Shown here one piece after another: positions 19,716 to 30,243 of a stretch of DNA of 64,000 bases (position 1 is the first letter of the stretch; every line of letters starts with the position of its first letter). The stretch comes from Salinivirgaceae bacterium (GTDB lineage Bacteria > Bacteroidota > Bacteroidia > Bacteroidales > SZUA-534): NCBI GenBank assembly GCA_024405635.1, contig JAKSOL010000005.1, positions 32,001 to 96,000 on the forward strand, written 5' to 3'. Made by a program: the position numbers and the translations under genes. A model generated the notes under the pieces. The model saw only the letters and a list, made by a program, of their open reading frames with translations, searched no databases and was not told the DNA's origin.

Positions 19716-20791
19716 AAAGACTCTATTAAAGAGTTCCACAATAAAAATATATTTTGTGGATGATACTTTTGTGCATTACTATATGCTTCCGTACCAAAAG
19801 ATTTCAATTTGTTAGGTGATTTGGCTAATTCTATCACTTTGTTAGCAAATCCGTCTATATCGTTAGGCGCTATAATAAACCCATCTTTTTCATTCTCAAT
19901 AACGTCTGCAGGTCCCTCCGGGCAATTAAAGCTTACGATTGGGAGTCCACAAGCCTTCGCTTCAAGCAGAACCATTGGCAGACCTTCTCTTTTTGATGTC
20001 AGTACCAACAGGCTTGAATTCAATAGTTCTTTTTTGATGTCGTTTGTTACAGGATTTATCGTAACAAAATCACTAACATCATATTCCTTCATAAGTGACA
20101 AGAGATTACCATGTTCTTCACCCTCTCCAAAGATGTCTATATGCCAATCAGGAATTGACGACTTTAGTTCTTTGGCGATTTTTACAAGCATATCGTATCC
20201 TTTTAGTTTGACTAGCCGACCAACAGCTATGATACGTTTGTTGCTCAGTAAAGATGGTGTATCGCAGGTGAATGACAGGGAATTAGGAATGATTGCTAAT
20301 TTGTCCTTCTTTATGATTCCATAGTAGTGTTTTGCATCGCTTGGTGTTAGTACAACGACTTTGTCTAGTAAAGGATATACCAATCTTCGAATAATTCTGC
20401 TGTATATAGGACATGCCGCGAAATTGGAATGTTCACAAGCTATTTTTTTTGCATTATGGCCATAGAATAGAGATAAACAATTGTGGGAGTGGGCGGTACT
20501 TATTGTGATGTCTATATTGTTTAATTTGACAAATCTCCTCATTGAGAATATTAGCTTAATGTAGCTAAACGTTCTCAAGAATAGATTTGCCTTCTCTATT
20601 CCAAGGTGTTTAATCTTTATTTCGGGATTTAGTTCATAGTAGCATTTGCCTTCATCGTGCGAGTTTATGCTAACTATTGAAACCTTATAGTTGCCGTATT
20701 CTGTTAATAGATTTGCCAGATTGGCGACAGCTCTTTCTGTGCCAGATGGCGATGTTATGTCAAATAATATTATGGCAATGTTCTTATTCAT
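19712..20791 (-). CDS. Glycosyltransferase family 4
   Basis: Motifs GTER, VGRL..LKG, SKREGLPMVLLEAKACG. Confidence 0.92.
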   Translation of the reverse strand: MNKNIAIILFDITSPSGTERAVANLANLLTEYGNYKVSIVSINSHDEGKCYYELNPEIKIKHLGIEKANLFLRTFSYIKLIFSMRRFVKLNNIDITISTAHSHNCLSLFYGHNAKKIACEHSNFAACPIYSRIIRRLVYPLLDKVVVLTPSDAKHYYGIIKKDKLAIIPNSLSFTCDTPSLLSNKRIIAVGRLVKLKGYDMLVKIAKELKSSIPDWHIDIFGEGEEHGNLLSLMKEYDVSDFVTINPVTNDIKKELLNSSLLVLTSKREGLPMVLLEAKACGLPIVSFNCPEGPADVIENEKDGFIIAPNDIDGFANKVIELAKSPNKLKSFGTEAYSNAQKYHPQNIFLLWNSLIESL

Positions 20792-21698
20792 GTTTTAGAT
20801 ATATTGTCAAAAAATCATTAATATATGTTCTAAAATGCAAGTAGCATTTTAGATGCAAAAACAATTTGCAAAAGACTAAAAAATTTTTTGTTTCAAAAAA
20901 TCGAATTCTTGCATTCAGCCATTTCCGAATGTCGCTTATCGTCTTTACTTTTCTTGGATTGTCAACGCTGGGATTTTCGCTTAGGAATTTTTCAAACATG
21001 TCGCATATTGTCAGGTTGAAATAAGGAATCTTCTTGAATTTTGCGATATACTCATTGCTTGAATTGTTTTCGTGAATCCTATGTTTTATTAGAGGCGCAT
21101 CAATGGTGTAGAATGAATCAGTCAACAGCGAAAAAATGTAAATAAATGCGTCATGTGCTATGTCTTCAATGTAGTATGGCTTTATAGAATCAAAAAAAGT
21201 TTTTCTGAAACAGAATGTACAGCCCAAATACTGAATATATAATGTTTTATGGTCAAAGAAATGCCTTTTTAATTTGATACTTTTCAATGGATTGAAATTT
21301 GAAGTCAAATTACCTTTTTCTAATGTAAAATTAGAAGCCAATAGGTTAATGCTTGAATCATTAAAATAAGGCAACATGGTTTCAATCTTTTTGGTATCCC
21401 AAATGTCATCTTGGTCACAAGGGAAAATCAAATCGGCGTCACAATTGTCAATAAGGTCGTAGAAACTTTTTTTCCAACCTTTATTTTTCTCATTTTGCGT
21501 CAGTCGCCAATTGGATAATTCATATTGCTTGATGTAATCGCTAATTATTTCATATGTTTTGTCAGTTGAACAATCATCAGTAATAATGACTTCATCTGGT
21601 GAAACGGTTTGGCATCTGATAGAGTCGAGTTGTTGAATGATGTATTTTTCTCCATTATATGAAGATAACACGACCGCTGACCTATTTCTTTCTCTCAT
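20784..21698 (-). CDS. Glycosyltransferase family 2 (RgpB/rhamnosyltransferase-like)
   Basis: Motifs SYNGEKYI, DDCSTD, CDQDDIW, HD, HRIH. Confidence 0.9.
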   Translation of the reverse strand: MRERNRSAVVLSSYNGEKYIIQQLDSIRCQTVSPDEVIITDDCSTDKTYEIISDYIKQYELSNWRLTQNEKNKGWKKSFYDLIDNCDADLIFPCDQDDIWDTKKIETMLPYFNDSSINLLASNFTLEKGNLTSNFNPLKSIKLKRHFFDHKTLYIQYLGCTFCFRKTFFDSIKPYYIEDIAHDAFIYIFSLLTDSFYTIDAPLIKHRIHENNSSNEYIAKFKKIPYFNLTICDMFEKFLSENPSVDNPRKVKTISDIRKWLNARIRFFETKNFLVFCKLFLHLKCYLHFRTYINDFLTIYLKHE

Positions 21699-22309
21699 TT
21701 CTTGTGCTTGTTGAGGAGTTCTTTTAATGTGTTTTCGGTTAATTGGCTATAAATTAAGTCTATGTCTTCTTTTTTTAGATTGTCGAATAATTCACATATA
21801 TTAATAGATAATAATTTCTCGATTAAAGGTTCTGAAAATCTTTTTTTTATGACTTTAGCAGGGTTGCCTACGGCAATTGAATAAGGAGGAATGTCTTTTG
21901 TCACAACTGAACCTGCACCAATGACAGCACCTTGCCCGATTGTTATTCCAGAACAGATGATTACATTTATCCCCACCCAAACATCATCACCGAGTATGAT
22001 ATCACCTTTTGACAAGGCTTCGTTCCCCATATTGAATTTTAGGCATTTGAATGGGTATGTCGTTATGGTATTTAAATAGTGTCCTCCACCTAATAGGAAA
22101 TGAGTGCCAGCTAAGGAACAATAATTGCCAATGATGAGATTGTTTCTTGAAACACTATTGTCTTCGACATATAGGGTGCCATAAGAATTCTTGCCAACAT
22201 GTATTTTTGTTATGTCGCAAAAATAGTGTATTGACGTTTGGTTGTGCTTGTTTTGCTTCCGATATTTTCTCCTGAATAGGAGCAGTCGTATTATTTCTAT
22301 GATGCTCAT
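21695..22309 (-). CDS. Hexapeptide-repeat O-acetyltransferase (CatB/Vat-like family)
   Basis: [38 protein letters not shown]. Confidence 0.88.
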   Translation of the reverse strand: MSIIEIIRLLLFRRKYRKQNKHNQTSIHYFCDITKIHVGKNSYGTLYVEDNSVSRNNLIIGNYCSLAGTHFLLGGGHYLNTITTYPFKCLKFNMGNEALSKGDIILGDDVWVGINVIICSGITIGQGAVIGAGSVVTKDIPPYSIAVGNPAKVIKKRFSEPLIEKLLSINICELFDNLKKEDIDLIYSQLTENTLKELLNKHKK

Positions 22310-22371
22310 GTGTCTAATGTATGGTGCGCCTATTAATAAATTGCATGAGAGAAATATTTGTTATGCACAAT

Positions 22372-23847
22372 TTAGATTATGCGTAGCAATTTTTTCCCTA
22401 TTAGAATCGCATATTTGAGAATATGTTTTTTGAATATTAGCAGTAATTTAAAATCTCTTTGCAGAAGTGTGTGATAATATGTGTACAAGTTGCTATTATA
22501 TCTACTTATATATGTTTGTGCAAATTTATTTATGTCAATGTGATATTTAGTGACTGGTAATTTGTTGGTTGGATTATCTAAATAATAGAGTAGAAGTTCG
22601 TTGAAATAACTTTCAGACATTATTGCGTTTGCTATTTTTTTTGATTGATCGAATAAAAGGTCTGGATGTTCTATATAGTTGTCTACTTCGGCATTTAATT
22701 CGTCAATATTTTTAAATTGCAGATTAATATTGAAATGTTCATTCATTAATTCATATATATCATTGCATGGGTCGTGTTCATCATTTAATGTCATTGGTAG
22801 TTTCCCTGCCACGCAAGCATATTGAGTCATTAATCCACCAATTAATGGGTATGTGTTAATGTATAGATAGCAATGTTTGAACACTTCGAAAATGTCTTTC
22901 CTTTCATTCCTGAAAAAGAATCTATTTTGGTATTTGTTCTTAATGATAAAGTTATTTATGTCACAAGAGTCTCCATTGCCCAAAAAGAGAAAGATTGTAT
23001 CTTCGTGTTTGTCTAATATGTGTTTTGCAATTTCGAAAAATTTGTTGCTCCCAGATATTTTGTATGTCGATCCTCCTGAAAATATGATTTTTTTCCCCTG
23101 ATAAGGGAAATCAAATCCAGAGAAAGGAATGTTCTTGTTGATTATCGGATAATAAGGTAGTTTAAGTAGCCTTGATTCTTCGATCTCTCTATAATCTCGT
23201 GAAATATTAAAACCATAATCTCTGAATTCAAAAAAGAAGTCAAAAAAGGTTTTTCCGATCCAAAATGCATGATCGGTGATGTTTATCAAAAACTTTTTAC
23301 AAGGATCTTTGAATGGAATTTGGCACATAAGTCCACAAACATCCCATGGCGCAGTATGTGAAATTATTATTGACGGAGAAAATTGGTTAATGGTTTCATA
23401 TAGAAATTGCGTAGTGTCAATGTCGTTTAATTTAGGAACCATTACCTTCTTAATGTTGTTGCTGTTGAGTTTTGTGATTATTTCTTTTGAACAGTCATTA
23501 AAATTGCCGATGAATAGGATTTCATGGTTTGAATTGGCTAGGGCATTTAAATATTGCTCAGTCAATCCGCGGTTGTCTAATACAAAATAGTCGTAAAAAA
23601 CGACGCGGTTATTTTTGCCTATGCATGATGACGGTGCTCCTTTTTCGCATATTATTTCCCGTCCAATTGTATGTAGCGCTTCTTCTAAATAGTTGTCATA
23701 ATAAATCAAATTTGTTGAGTACATTAATTGTGCGGCTCTACGAATAAGGGTGCATGCATCGCTAAACTTTTTTTTGTTAATGTAAGTCGAAATGCAAATT
23801 TTCAACTTGTTATAGTCGTCTATAATTTGTTTTTCTGTTACTTCCAT
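22372..23847 (-). CDS. Putative GT-B glycosyltransferase of uncertain family
   Basis: Two Rossmann-like halves; NITDHAFW and YINTYPLIGG blocks; located between wzx and the acetyltransferase. Confidence 0.5.
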   Translation of the reverse strand: MEVTEKQIIDDYNKLKICISTYINKKKFSDACTLIRRAAQLMYSTNLIYYDNYLEEALHTIGREIICEKGAPSSCIGKNNRVVFYDYFVLDNRGLTEQYLNALANSNHEILFIGNFNDCSKEIITKLNSNNIKKVMVPKLNDIDTTQFLYETINQFSPSIIISHTAPWDVCGLMCQIPFKDPCKKFLINITDHAFWIGKTFFDFFFEFRDYGFNISRDYREIEESRLLKLPYYPIINKNIPFSGFDFPYQGKKIIFSGGSTYKISGSNKFFEIAKHILDKHEDTIFLFLGNGDSCDINNFIIKNKYQNRFFFRNERKDIFEVFKHCYLYINTYPLIGGLMTQYACVAGKLPMTLNDEHDPCNDIYELMNEHFNINLQFKNIDELNAEVDNYIEHPDLLFDQSKKIANAIMSESYFNELLLYYLDNPTNKLPVTKYHIDINKFAQTYISRYNSNLYTYYHTLLQRDFKLLLIFKKHILKYAILIGKKLLRII

Positions 23848-25301
23848 TTTGGATTATCTGTGTTTCGAGTTTTTGACATTAGGACTTTCATGAAGTATAT
23901 AATCTCGCTGTCCTTTAAAAGAGATAGTACGCCACAATAAACAAGCATTCCTATTATTATTCCTATTATCAATTGTGCTAAATATGATTCAAATAAACAT
24001 GATATTACAAGGACAATTATGCCCATTATTGCTGAAGCTAGTATATATTTCCAAATACAAATAATTTGGTGTATTGGCCCAAATCCATATAATTTCCCTG
24101 GCATATATGAATTAATAATATAGTAAACAATTGCCGTGACAGCCTTTCCTATTGCAACTGCCTTTATGCTTATTGGAAAAGTTACCATCATGGTTATTGC
24201 TATAATAGGCACTTTTAAAAAGTCTATTTTCATAAATAAATCAGACCGCCCAATCGCGTTTAATAAGTTTAGGTTAAGTGAACTTAATGGAATAAACACG
24301 TAACTTAACGCTAACCAAAATAGCAGATTTGAAGCAGGAAGCCATTTGTCGCCTAATAGTACAAGTATAATTTGGTCAGACAACATTGCTAATCCTACCA
24401 TTGCAGGGAACACCACTAAAGCCGAAAGTTTTATCAATCGACTGAACGTTTGAATAAGTTCATCCCTTTTGTCTTGCAAGGTTGCCATCATTGGGAAAGT
24501 AGCATTATTTAGAACGGAATTTAATGTTCCAGCTGTCAGTTCCGGAAATTGTTGTGCTCTAGTATAATATCCCAAACTTGTTGAATTGTATGCCTTTCCT
24601 ATTACAAGATTGTATATGTTGGTTACTATTGTTGACAAAAGTCCGCAAGCAAGTAGTTTTGATCCAAATCCAAATAGTTTTTTGAAACTTTCTTTGTAAA
24701 ACCCAGTTTTGGGAATCCACTTTCCCTTGACCCAAAAACAGACTACTGACACAAACGACTTAATTAATGCCTGAAACACCAGCGCCCATACTCCAAATCC
24801 ATTATATGCCATAAAAACAGCAATGCCACCAGACAATATTGTAGCAATGGCATTTATTAGTGCTATACTTTTAAAATCAACCTCTATTTGAAATTTAGCA
24901 TTATGAACTACAATTAAAGAATTAAGTATAATCTGCAAAAAGAATACCCTTTGCAATGAGACTAATTCAGGAGTTTCATAAAAATTAGCAATGGCTGGTG
25001 CCGCAAAAAACAATACTAAATAAAGCAGAATGCTAATGAAAATATTAAAAATAAGAACTGTAGAAAAATCCTTCTCGGTTCTATTCTGCCGTTGTATCAA
25101 TGCTCGTGAAAATCCACTTTCGACAAACACATTAGACAGCGCCAAGAAAACTAAAATCATTCCAATGGCACCATAGTCATGGGGAGAAAGCAAGCGAGCA
25201 AGGATAATATTTAGGACAAAAGAGAGACCTTGGACTGCAACTTTTTCAAAAGCATTCCACAAAATACCAATCTTTGTTTTTTGCTTGATATCTCGGTACA
25301 T
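23838..25301 (-). CDS. wzx: Polysaccharide flippase (Wzx, WzxC-like)
   Basis: ILARLLSPHDYG, GFSRALIQ, GVWALV, LGYYTRA, LLGDKW. Confidence 0.92.
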   Translation of the reverse strand: MYRDIKQKTKIGILWNAFEKVAVQGLSFVLNIILARLLSPHDYGAIGMILVFLALSNVFVESGFSRALIQRQNRTEKDFSTVLIFNIFISILLYLVLFFAAPAIANFYETPELVSLQRVFFLQIILNSLIVVHNAKFQIEVDFKSIALINAIATILSGGIAVFMAYNGFGVWALVFQALIKSFVSVVCFWVKGKWIPKTGFYKESFKKLFGFGSKLLACGLLSTIVTNIYNLVIGKAYNSTSLGYYTRAQQFPELTAGTLNSVLNNATFPMMATLQDKRDELIQTFSRLIKLSALVVFPAMVGLAMLSDQIILVLLGDKWLPASNLLFWLALSYVFIPLSSLNLNLLNAIGRSDLFMKIDFLKVPIIAITMMVTFPISIKAVAIGKAVTAIVYYIINSYMPGKLYGFGPIHQIICIWKYILASAIMGIIVLVISCLFESYLAQLIIGIIIGMLVYCGVLSLLKDSEIIYFMKVLMSKTRNTDNPKWK

Positions 25302-25336
25302 TAGTAAAAATACACAATTAATTTTTTATTCTAATG

Positions 25337-25765
25337 TTACCTTTTTAATTCATCTTTTATCTGACTTGTAGAAATCCCTTTCGTATACGGAAGATATTCG
25401 ATGGAAACCCCTAGTTCAGCAAAATCTTTTTCTGTTTTATTATAACGCTCAGTACCTTTCCAATCATCGCCAGAAAACAAAACATCAAAATGGAACATAT
25501 TTAATGCAAGCATTTTGTCATTAGTCGTATCTATATCAACCAGATAAGCGGCATCTACAACTTCAATCGCATTTAGTATTCTTTGACGCTCTTGCTCTGA
25601 AAAGACAGGCTCCTTATGCTTAATGTTACGAACATAATTATCATCACATATACCTACAATTAAAATGTCACACATGCTCTTGCATCGCTCCAAAAGGTTC
25701 AAATGTCCTATATGGAACAAATCAAAAACACCACATGTATAACCTATCTTGTATTTTTTATGCAT
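25337..25765 (-). CDS. Glycerol-3-phosphate cytidylyltransferase-like (TagD family)
   Basis: GVFDLFHIGH, GDDWKG, YTKGISTS. Confidence 0.88.
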   Translation of the reverse strand: MHKKYKIGYTCGVFDLFHIGHLNLLERCKSMCDILIVGICDDNYVRNIKHKEPVFSEQERQRILNAIEVVDAAYLVDIDTTNDKMLALNMFHFDVLFSGDDWKGTERYNKTEKDFAELGVSIEYLPYTKGISTSQIKDELKR

Positions 25766-25783
25766 GGTATAAACCTCCTATTT

Positions 25784-27094
25784 TTAATATTCAAATTTAG
25801 ATAAAAGATTATTTAGTATAAAATTTGACACGTTTGGATAATTAATCATAATATTATCTTGAATCTCGGAAGAAATATTTGATGGCTTTTGACTTTTTTC
25901 CAAACTTTTTAAAAAGGCAATTATATCATTACGATTATACGCGAGTGTATGGTAATCTAAGGCTTTGTTCCCCAATATATCCAATTGTTTTCTAACATGT
26001 TTTCCTTTAACAACATAACAACAAGGTTTCCCTGTGTAAAGCCACTCTACCATATAAGAACCGCAATCATGTACAATAGCATCGCACTCACAAAATAAAC
26101 GAAAGTAATCTCCGCCTACCGAATATTCAATGCCCGATTTTTCTATGTTTAATAGATAATTGTCAACTTGCTTTTGTGTCCATGTTTTAGTGTTTAAAAT
26201 ATTGGTAAACAATAAAGGATGAGGACGAAAAACAAAATCCATTTTAGGGAATAAAGAGGGTAGTTCAAGTATCAAATTATAATACTCTAAGAAGTTAGAT
26301 AAATCCAAAGTTTGGTTTATTCCTTGAATTGTGTGATGAGGACTGATTAAAACTTTTAATCTATCTCGTTTTTCATTTGCCTGCTCATTATATAACGAAT
26401 CCATCTTTGCATAACCAGCCAATACTGTATTTTTGCCATGAGCCAGTTGGTATTTTTTTACTTGTTCTAGAGTATAGGTTGTATCAACATAGTATTTGAA
26501 AAATAAACTCATTTCCATGTTGCTTTCGACGTTTGTATAGTGCCATTTGGATATGGTATAACCATAATTAATATATATGGGCAACACGTTTTTAGTTGAT
26601 AAATACTGTACCCCATGAACTTCATTAACCATACTATCATACGGATTGGCAAGATAAATTATATCAAAAGAATCTGAATAATCTAAAAACTCACCTGTTT
26701 CTTCGTGCCATCCATCTAATACGACGTCTTTCCCATATTTATTTATAAAGAAAGCTTTTGTTTTATTATATTGGTCAACTAAATGTTCTACACCACGGCA
26801 TGTATCGGGAATAACAACAATTTTGCACTCATATTTATCTTTTTGAGACAACATCAAATCCATTAAACCATACGCCCCGAATGTTGAATCAAAAACCACA
26901 TAAGATGCAAATCTTAAGGGACGATCTCCGCTGGTCCTTATTCTTTCGGCAACGTCATGATAATGTCTATAAGTGTCATTTATGAGTTGACGGTGTTTTA
27001 AGGCATTATATTTACGATACATGAAAAACCGGAACGAATAATATTTGTCCAAAACAAATTTTGGACATAGTTTTTTTATAAATGATTGTAACAT
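25784..27094 (-). CDS. CDP-glycerol:glycerophosphotransferase-family protein (TagF-like)
   Basis: GYAKMD, SPHH, FRPHP, DCGSY motifs; adjacent to the TagD-like gene. Confidence 0.7.
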   Translation of the reverse strand: MLQSFIKKLCPKFVLDKYYSFRFFMYRKYNALKHRQLINDTYRHYHDVAERIRTSGDRPLRFASYVVFDSTFGAYGLMDLMLSQKDKYECKIVVIPDTCRGVEHLVDQYNKTKAFFINKYGKDVVLDGWHEETGEFLDYSDSFDIIYLANPYDSMVNEVHGVQYLSTKNVLPIYINYGYTISKWHYTNVESNMEMSLFFKYYVDTTYTLEQVKKYQLAHGKNTVLAGYAKMDSLYNEQANEKRDRLKVLISPHHTIQGINQTLDLSNFLEYYNLILELPSLFPKMDFVFRPHPLLFTNILNTKTWTQKQVDNYLLNIEKSGIEYSVGGDYFRLFCECDAIVHDCGSYMVEWLYTGKPCCYVVKGKHVRKQLDILGNKALDYHTLAYNRNDIIAFLKSLEKSQKPSNISSEIQDNIMINYPNVSNFILNNLLSKFEY

Positions 27095-27096
27095 CT

Positions 27097-28197
27097 TTAA
27101 TACTGATTTATAACTCTTACAACCTCTTTTGCTTCCTCCATGGTTAAAACAGGGCTAATAGGCAAACTTAGCTCCTGATTGTGGATTTTTTCTGTTATGG
27201 GTAACGAAATACAATCCCATTCATTATAGCACTCTTGCTTATGAGGAGGAATAGGATAATGAATTAGAGTTTGAATTTCATTCTCTTTTAAATATTGTTG
27301 AAGACTATCCCGTTGCTCACAAAAAACAGGGAACAAATGATAGACATTATTTACGTCGTTCAAACGCTCTGGCAGAGTAATTTTAGGATTGCTAATATTT
27401 TCGTAATAATACTTTGCTATCTGCTGGCGGTTGTGATTGTCATTATCTAAATATTTGAGTTTTATGTCCAAAACCGCTGCCTGAATTTCATCTAGGCGGC
27501 TATTACGACCAGAATACTTGAAAACATATTTCTTTTGAGAACCATAATTTGCCAATGCACGAATACATTCAGCAAGTTCTTGGTTGTCTGTAGTTACAGC
27601 ACCAGCATCACCCAATGCACCTAAATTTTTACCAGGGTAGAAACTATGTCCAGATGCATCTCCTAAAGAACCTGTTCGTTTATCTCCAAATTTGCAACCA
27701 TGAGCCTGAGCGTTATCTTCAATTAATTTGAGATTATGTTTTTTACAAATTTCGCCTATTCTCTCTGTGTAAGCGCAACGGCCATAAAGGTGAACTATCA
27801 TTATCGCCTTGGTTCTAGGTGTGATTCGTTCTTCAATTTTCGAATCGTCAATCTCCAATGTTTCAAAACGAGGTTCGACCAAGATTGGCTTCAAATTATT
27901 TTCTGTAATAGCCAATATTGAGGCAATATAAGTATTCGCAGGAACAATAATTTCATCACCGTCATGAAAATATCCCAACTCCTTATATGCTCTAACAATC
28001 CAAATCAATGCATCCAGCCCATTTGCACAGCCTATTGCATGTTTTGTCCCGATATATTTTGCATAGTCGGCTTCAAATTTTTTATTTTCCTCGCCTTGAA
28101 GATACCACCCACTATCAATAACACGGCTGACAGCGCTGTGTATTTCTGAAGAATATTTGCCTGTAACGTCTTTTAAACTTAGAAACGGTATTTGCAT
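27097..28197 (-). CDS. fdtB: dTDP-3-amino-3,6-dideoxyhexose aminotransferase (DegT/DnrJ family, FdtB/QdtB-like)
   Basis: [54 protein letters not shown]; clustered with fdtA/fdtC-like genes. Confidence 0.85.
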   Translation of the reverse strand: MQIPFLSLKDVTGKYSSEIHSAVSRVIDSGWYLQGEENKKFEADYAKYIGTKHAIGCANGLDALIWIVRAYKELGYFHDGDEIIVPANTYIASILAITENNLKPILVEPRFETLEIDDSKIEERITPRTKAIMIVHLYGRCAYTERIGEICKKHNLKLIEDNAQAHGCKFGDKRTGSLGDASGHSFYPGKNLGALGDAGAVTTDNQELAECIRALANYGSQKKYVFKYSGRNSRLDEIQAAVLDIKLKYLDNDNHNRQQIAKYYYENISNPKITLPERLNDVNNVYHLFPVFCEQRDSLQQYLKENEIQTLIHYPIPPHKQECYNEWDCISLPITEKIHNQELSLPISPVLTMEEAKEVVRVINQY

Positions 28198-28200
28198 TTT

Positions 28201-29253
28201 TTATAATTTGATTAATGTCGGTAATTTTTGAAATATATTGGTCCTACGTTTATCCCAAGTACGATTTATAAGAATGTCTATCAGTATGGAAAACAAAAAC
28301 ATTGAAATGACTGCAATTGCAGTGTATAAGGCTGTTGTGTATATGTTGCTTGTTAAATGGTCGGCAGTAATACAATACTTTTTCCATAAGTATATCGCGA
28401 ACCCAGATGTATGAATACAAAATACAGCAAAAACAGATTTAGCCATATAATTAATAATACTGCTTTTGAAAGAAATTTTGTTGAATAAAAGGAATAGGCA
28501 AACGGCCGATGCAACGGTGAAAAATGAACAATAATTTAATAATGACGGTACTCTTTCGCAGAATAAGGCAATGGTTAAGATTGATACCAAATATGCGGGT
28601 ATAAGTTTTGAGACTTTTATTTGTACATTTTCTTTTTTTAATACCATTCCAATTGTAAGGCAATATATGAATTGAACCACATTGTATCCACCGAAATCAC
28701 CATGTATTGTAATTGCGTTTATTGATGACAAATCGGCACCGAATAAATCATGCATAATGTCAGTAATTGTTGGGTATACAATAAAAATGCTTGTGATAAT
28801 AAAAGAAAAAACAAGACATTGCTTGTGGCTCAACTTTTCTATTGCCAGATTTATATATGGAGACAATATGTATGATATAATGTAATATATGGCGAAATAA
28901 TTGTATGGAATAAATATTAATATAATACTTTGAATGGAAAAAGGCTGATTTTGTATGAAATGTGTTACCAAAAAATCCAATAGCCTGTATATGTATACAA
29001 TGAATAATAATTCTGCGACTTTGCTAAGTTTTACCTTTTTGGTTCCATATAAAAAGAATCCGGATATTATCATAAAACAATTAACAGCACATATACTTAT
29101 GCTTTCAAGAAAAAGTAGCAATGTGTAGCTTGAGTCTTGGGCATACCCCAAAGCATTACCCATTATTCTATTGTTGTAGTGCAATAGAATTACCATTAAT
29201 ATCAATATTATTCTTAACAATTCGGCGCCAGATTCTCTGTTGTTCACATTCAT
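28201..29253 (-). CDS. Acyltransferase-3 family membrane O-acyltransferase
   Basis: RESGAELLRI..VILLH, AVNCFMIISGFF, SVFAVFCIH; about 10 TMs. Confidence 0.85.
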   Translation of the reverse strand: MNVNNRESGAELLRIILILMVILLHYNNRIMGNALGYAQDSSYTLLLFLESISICAVNCFMIISGFFLYGTKKVKLSKVAELLFIVYIYRLLDFLVTHFIQNQPFSIQSIILIFIPYNYFAIYYIISYILSPYINLAIEKLSHKQCLVFSFIITSIFIVYPTITDIMHDLFGADLSSINAITIHGDFGGYNVVQFIYCLTIGMVLKKENVQIKVSKLIPAYLVSILTIALFCERVPSLLNYCSFFTVASAVCLFLLFNKISFKSSIINYMAKSVFAVFCIHTSGFAIYLWKKYCITADHLTSNIYTTALYTAIAVISMFLFSILIDILINRTWDKRRTNIFQKLPTLIKL

Positions 29254-29254
29254 T

Positions 29255-29707
29255 TCAAATCTTTCTTAAAAATTTTGCTGGATTTCCAATCCAAACTTCA
29301 CCATCTGGAACATTTTTTGTCACAACACTTCCTGCGCCAATCATTGCATTTTCGCCTATAGTAATTCCTGCAAGTATAGTTGAGTTGGCGCCTATGCTTG
29401 CTCCTTTTTTTATTGTTGTTTTTGATAAATACCAATTGGGATTTTTTGATCTGGGGAATAAGTCATTAGTAAAAGTTACATTAGGACCAACGAAAACATT
29501 ATCTTCAATAGTTACTCCATCCCAAATTTGCACGCCAGACTTTATAGTGACATTATTGCCAATGATTACATCATTTTCTATGAGAACATTGGCGCAAATG
29601 TTGCAATTGTCACCTATAATGGCATTAGGGAAAATTACACAAAACTGCCATACGTTTGAGTCCTTCCCAATATTTTTTGATTTACAATCTGATAGTTCGT
29701 GAATCAT
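29255..29707 (-). CDS. N-acetyltransferase, WxcM/QdtC-type hexapeptide
   Basis: [36 protein letters not shown]. Confidence 0.88.
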   Translation of the reverse strand: MIHELSDCKSKNIGKDSNVWQFCVIFPNAIIGDNCNICANVLIENDVIIGNNVTIKSGVQIWDGVTIEDNVFVGPNVTFTNDLFPRSKNPNWYLSKTTIKKGASIGANSTILAGITIGENAMIGAGSVVTKNVPDGEVWIGNPAKFLRKI

Positions 29708-29710
29708 GAT

Positions 29711-30109
29711 TTACTTCTTCAAACTAGCCAAAAAATCATCATAGTTGCGTATGTATTCTTTTTCATCGTAGTATTTACTCGCAAGAACTACTAATTTACA
29801 TCCATAGCTAAAATCATGCATTTCTCGCCACATTCCTGGGCCTATATACAATCCTACATCAGGTCTATTCAGAAGGATAGTTTCTCTATTGACTCCATCA
29901 TCTAAAACAAACCGACAAGCACCATCCATGGCAATAATGACTTGTTCCAAATCTTTGTGCGCATGATACCCTCGACTCTCGTTAGGCAAGGTGTCAAACA
30001 TGTAATACACACGTTTTATCTCAAACGGAATGTCCTTTAAATTCTCTATGGCGACTAGCTTTCCGCGTTTGTCTCCATGTACTGGCATGTCTATTAATTT
30101 GTAATTCAT
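29711..30109 (-). CDS. fdtA: dTDP-4-keto-6-deoxyglucose 3,4-ketoisomerase (FdtA/QdtA cupin)
   Basis: GDKRGKL, PFEIKRVYY, RGYHAH, WREMHDFS, YIRNYDDF. Confidence 0.9.
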   Translation of the reverse strand: MNYKLIDMPVHGDKRGKLVAIENLKDIPFEIKRVYYMFDTLPNESRGYHAHKDLEQVIIAMDGACRFVLDDGVNRETILLNRPDVGLYIGPGMWREMHDFSYGCKLVVLASKYYDEKEYIRNYDDFLASLKK

Positions 30110-30137
30110 GGCAGAAACTTCAGAATTTCTTTTCTCG

Positions 30138-30145
30138 CAAAAGTA
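30138..30145 (-). promoter_or_regulatory. -7 promoter box driving the leftward glycan operon
   Basis: TACTTTTG on the minus strand, 28 bp upstream of the fdtA ATG. Confidence 0.7.
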
Positions 30146-30218
30146 TAAATAGTTCGTAAATGTTCACATTATACTATATGTGATAAGTTTATTATGTTTT
30201 TTTTGGAATGTCTTAGTT

Positions 30219-30226
30219 TATATTTG
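30219..30226 (+). promoter_or_regulatory. -7 promoter box driving the rightward glycan operon
   Basis: TATATTTG, 17 bp upstream of ATG 30244. Confidence 0.7.
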
Positions 30227-30243
30227 TGAGGTAATATTTTTTT

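Noticed and set aside
21695-22309. CatB/Vat-like gene as an antibiotic resistance determinant
   Set aside because: It is translationally coupled within a glycan operon, so a sugar O-acetyltransferase role is more parsimonious.
16900-23780. A8/T8 homopolymers in glycan genes as phase-variation tracts
   Set aside because: Runs of this length are expected in such AT-rich DNA, and all the ORFs are intact.
29121-29702. 193-aa plus-strand ORF and similar antisense ORFs (e.g. 19809..20324, 55909..56304)
   Set aside because: These are shadow frames opposite well-supported genes, with no recognisable motifs.
30110-30243. Invertible (Mpi-type) promoter for the glycan locus
   Set aside because: No inverted-repeat pair flanks either promoter box, and there is no recombinase nearby.
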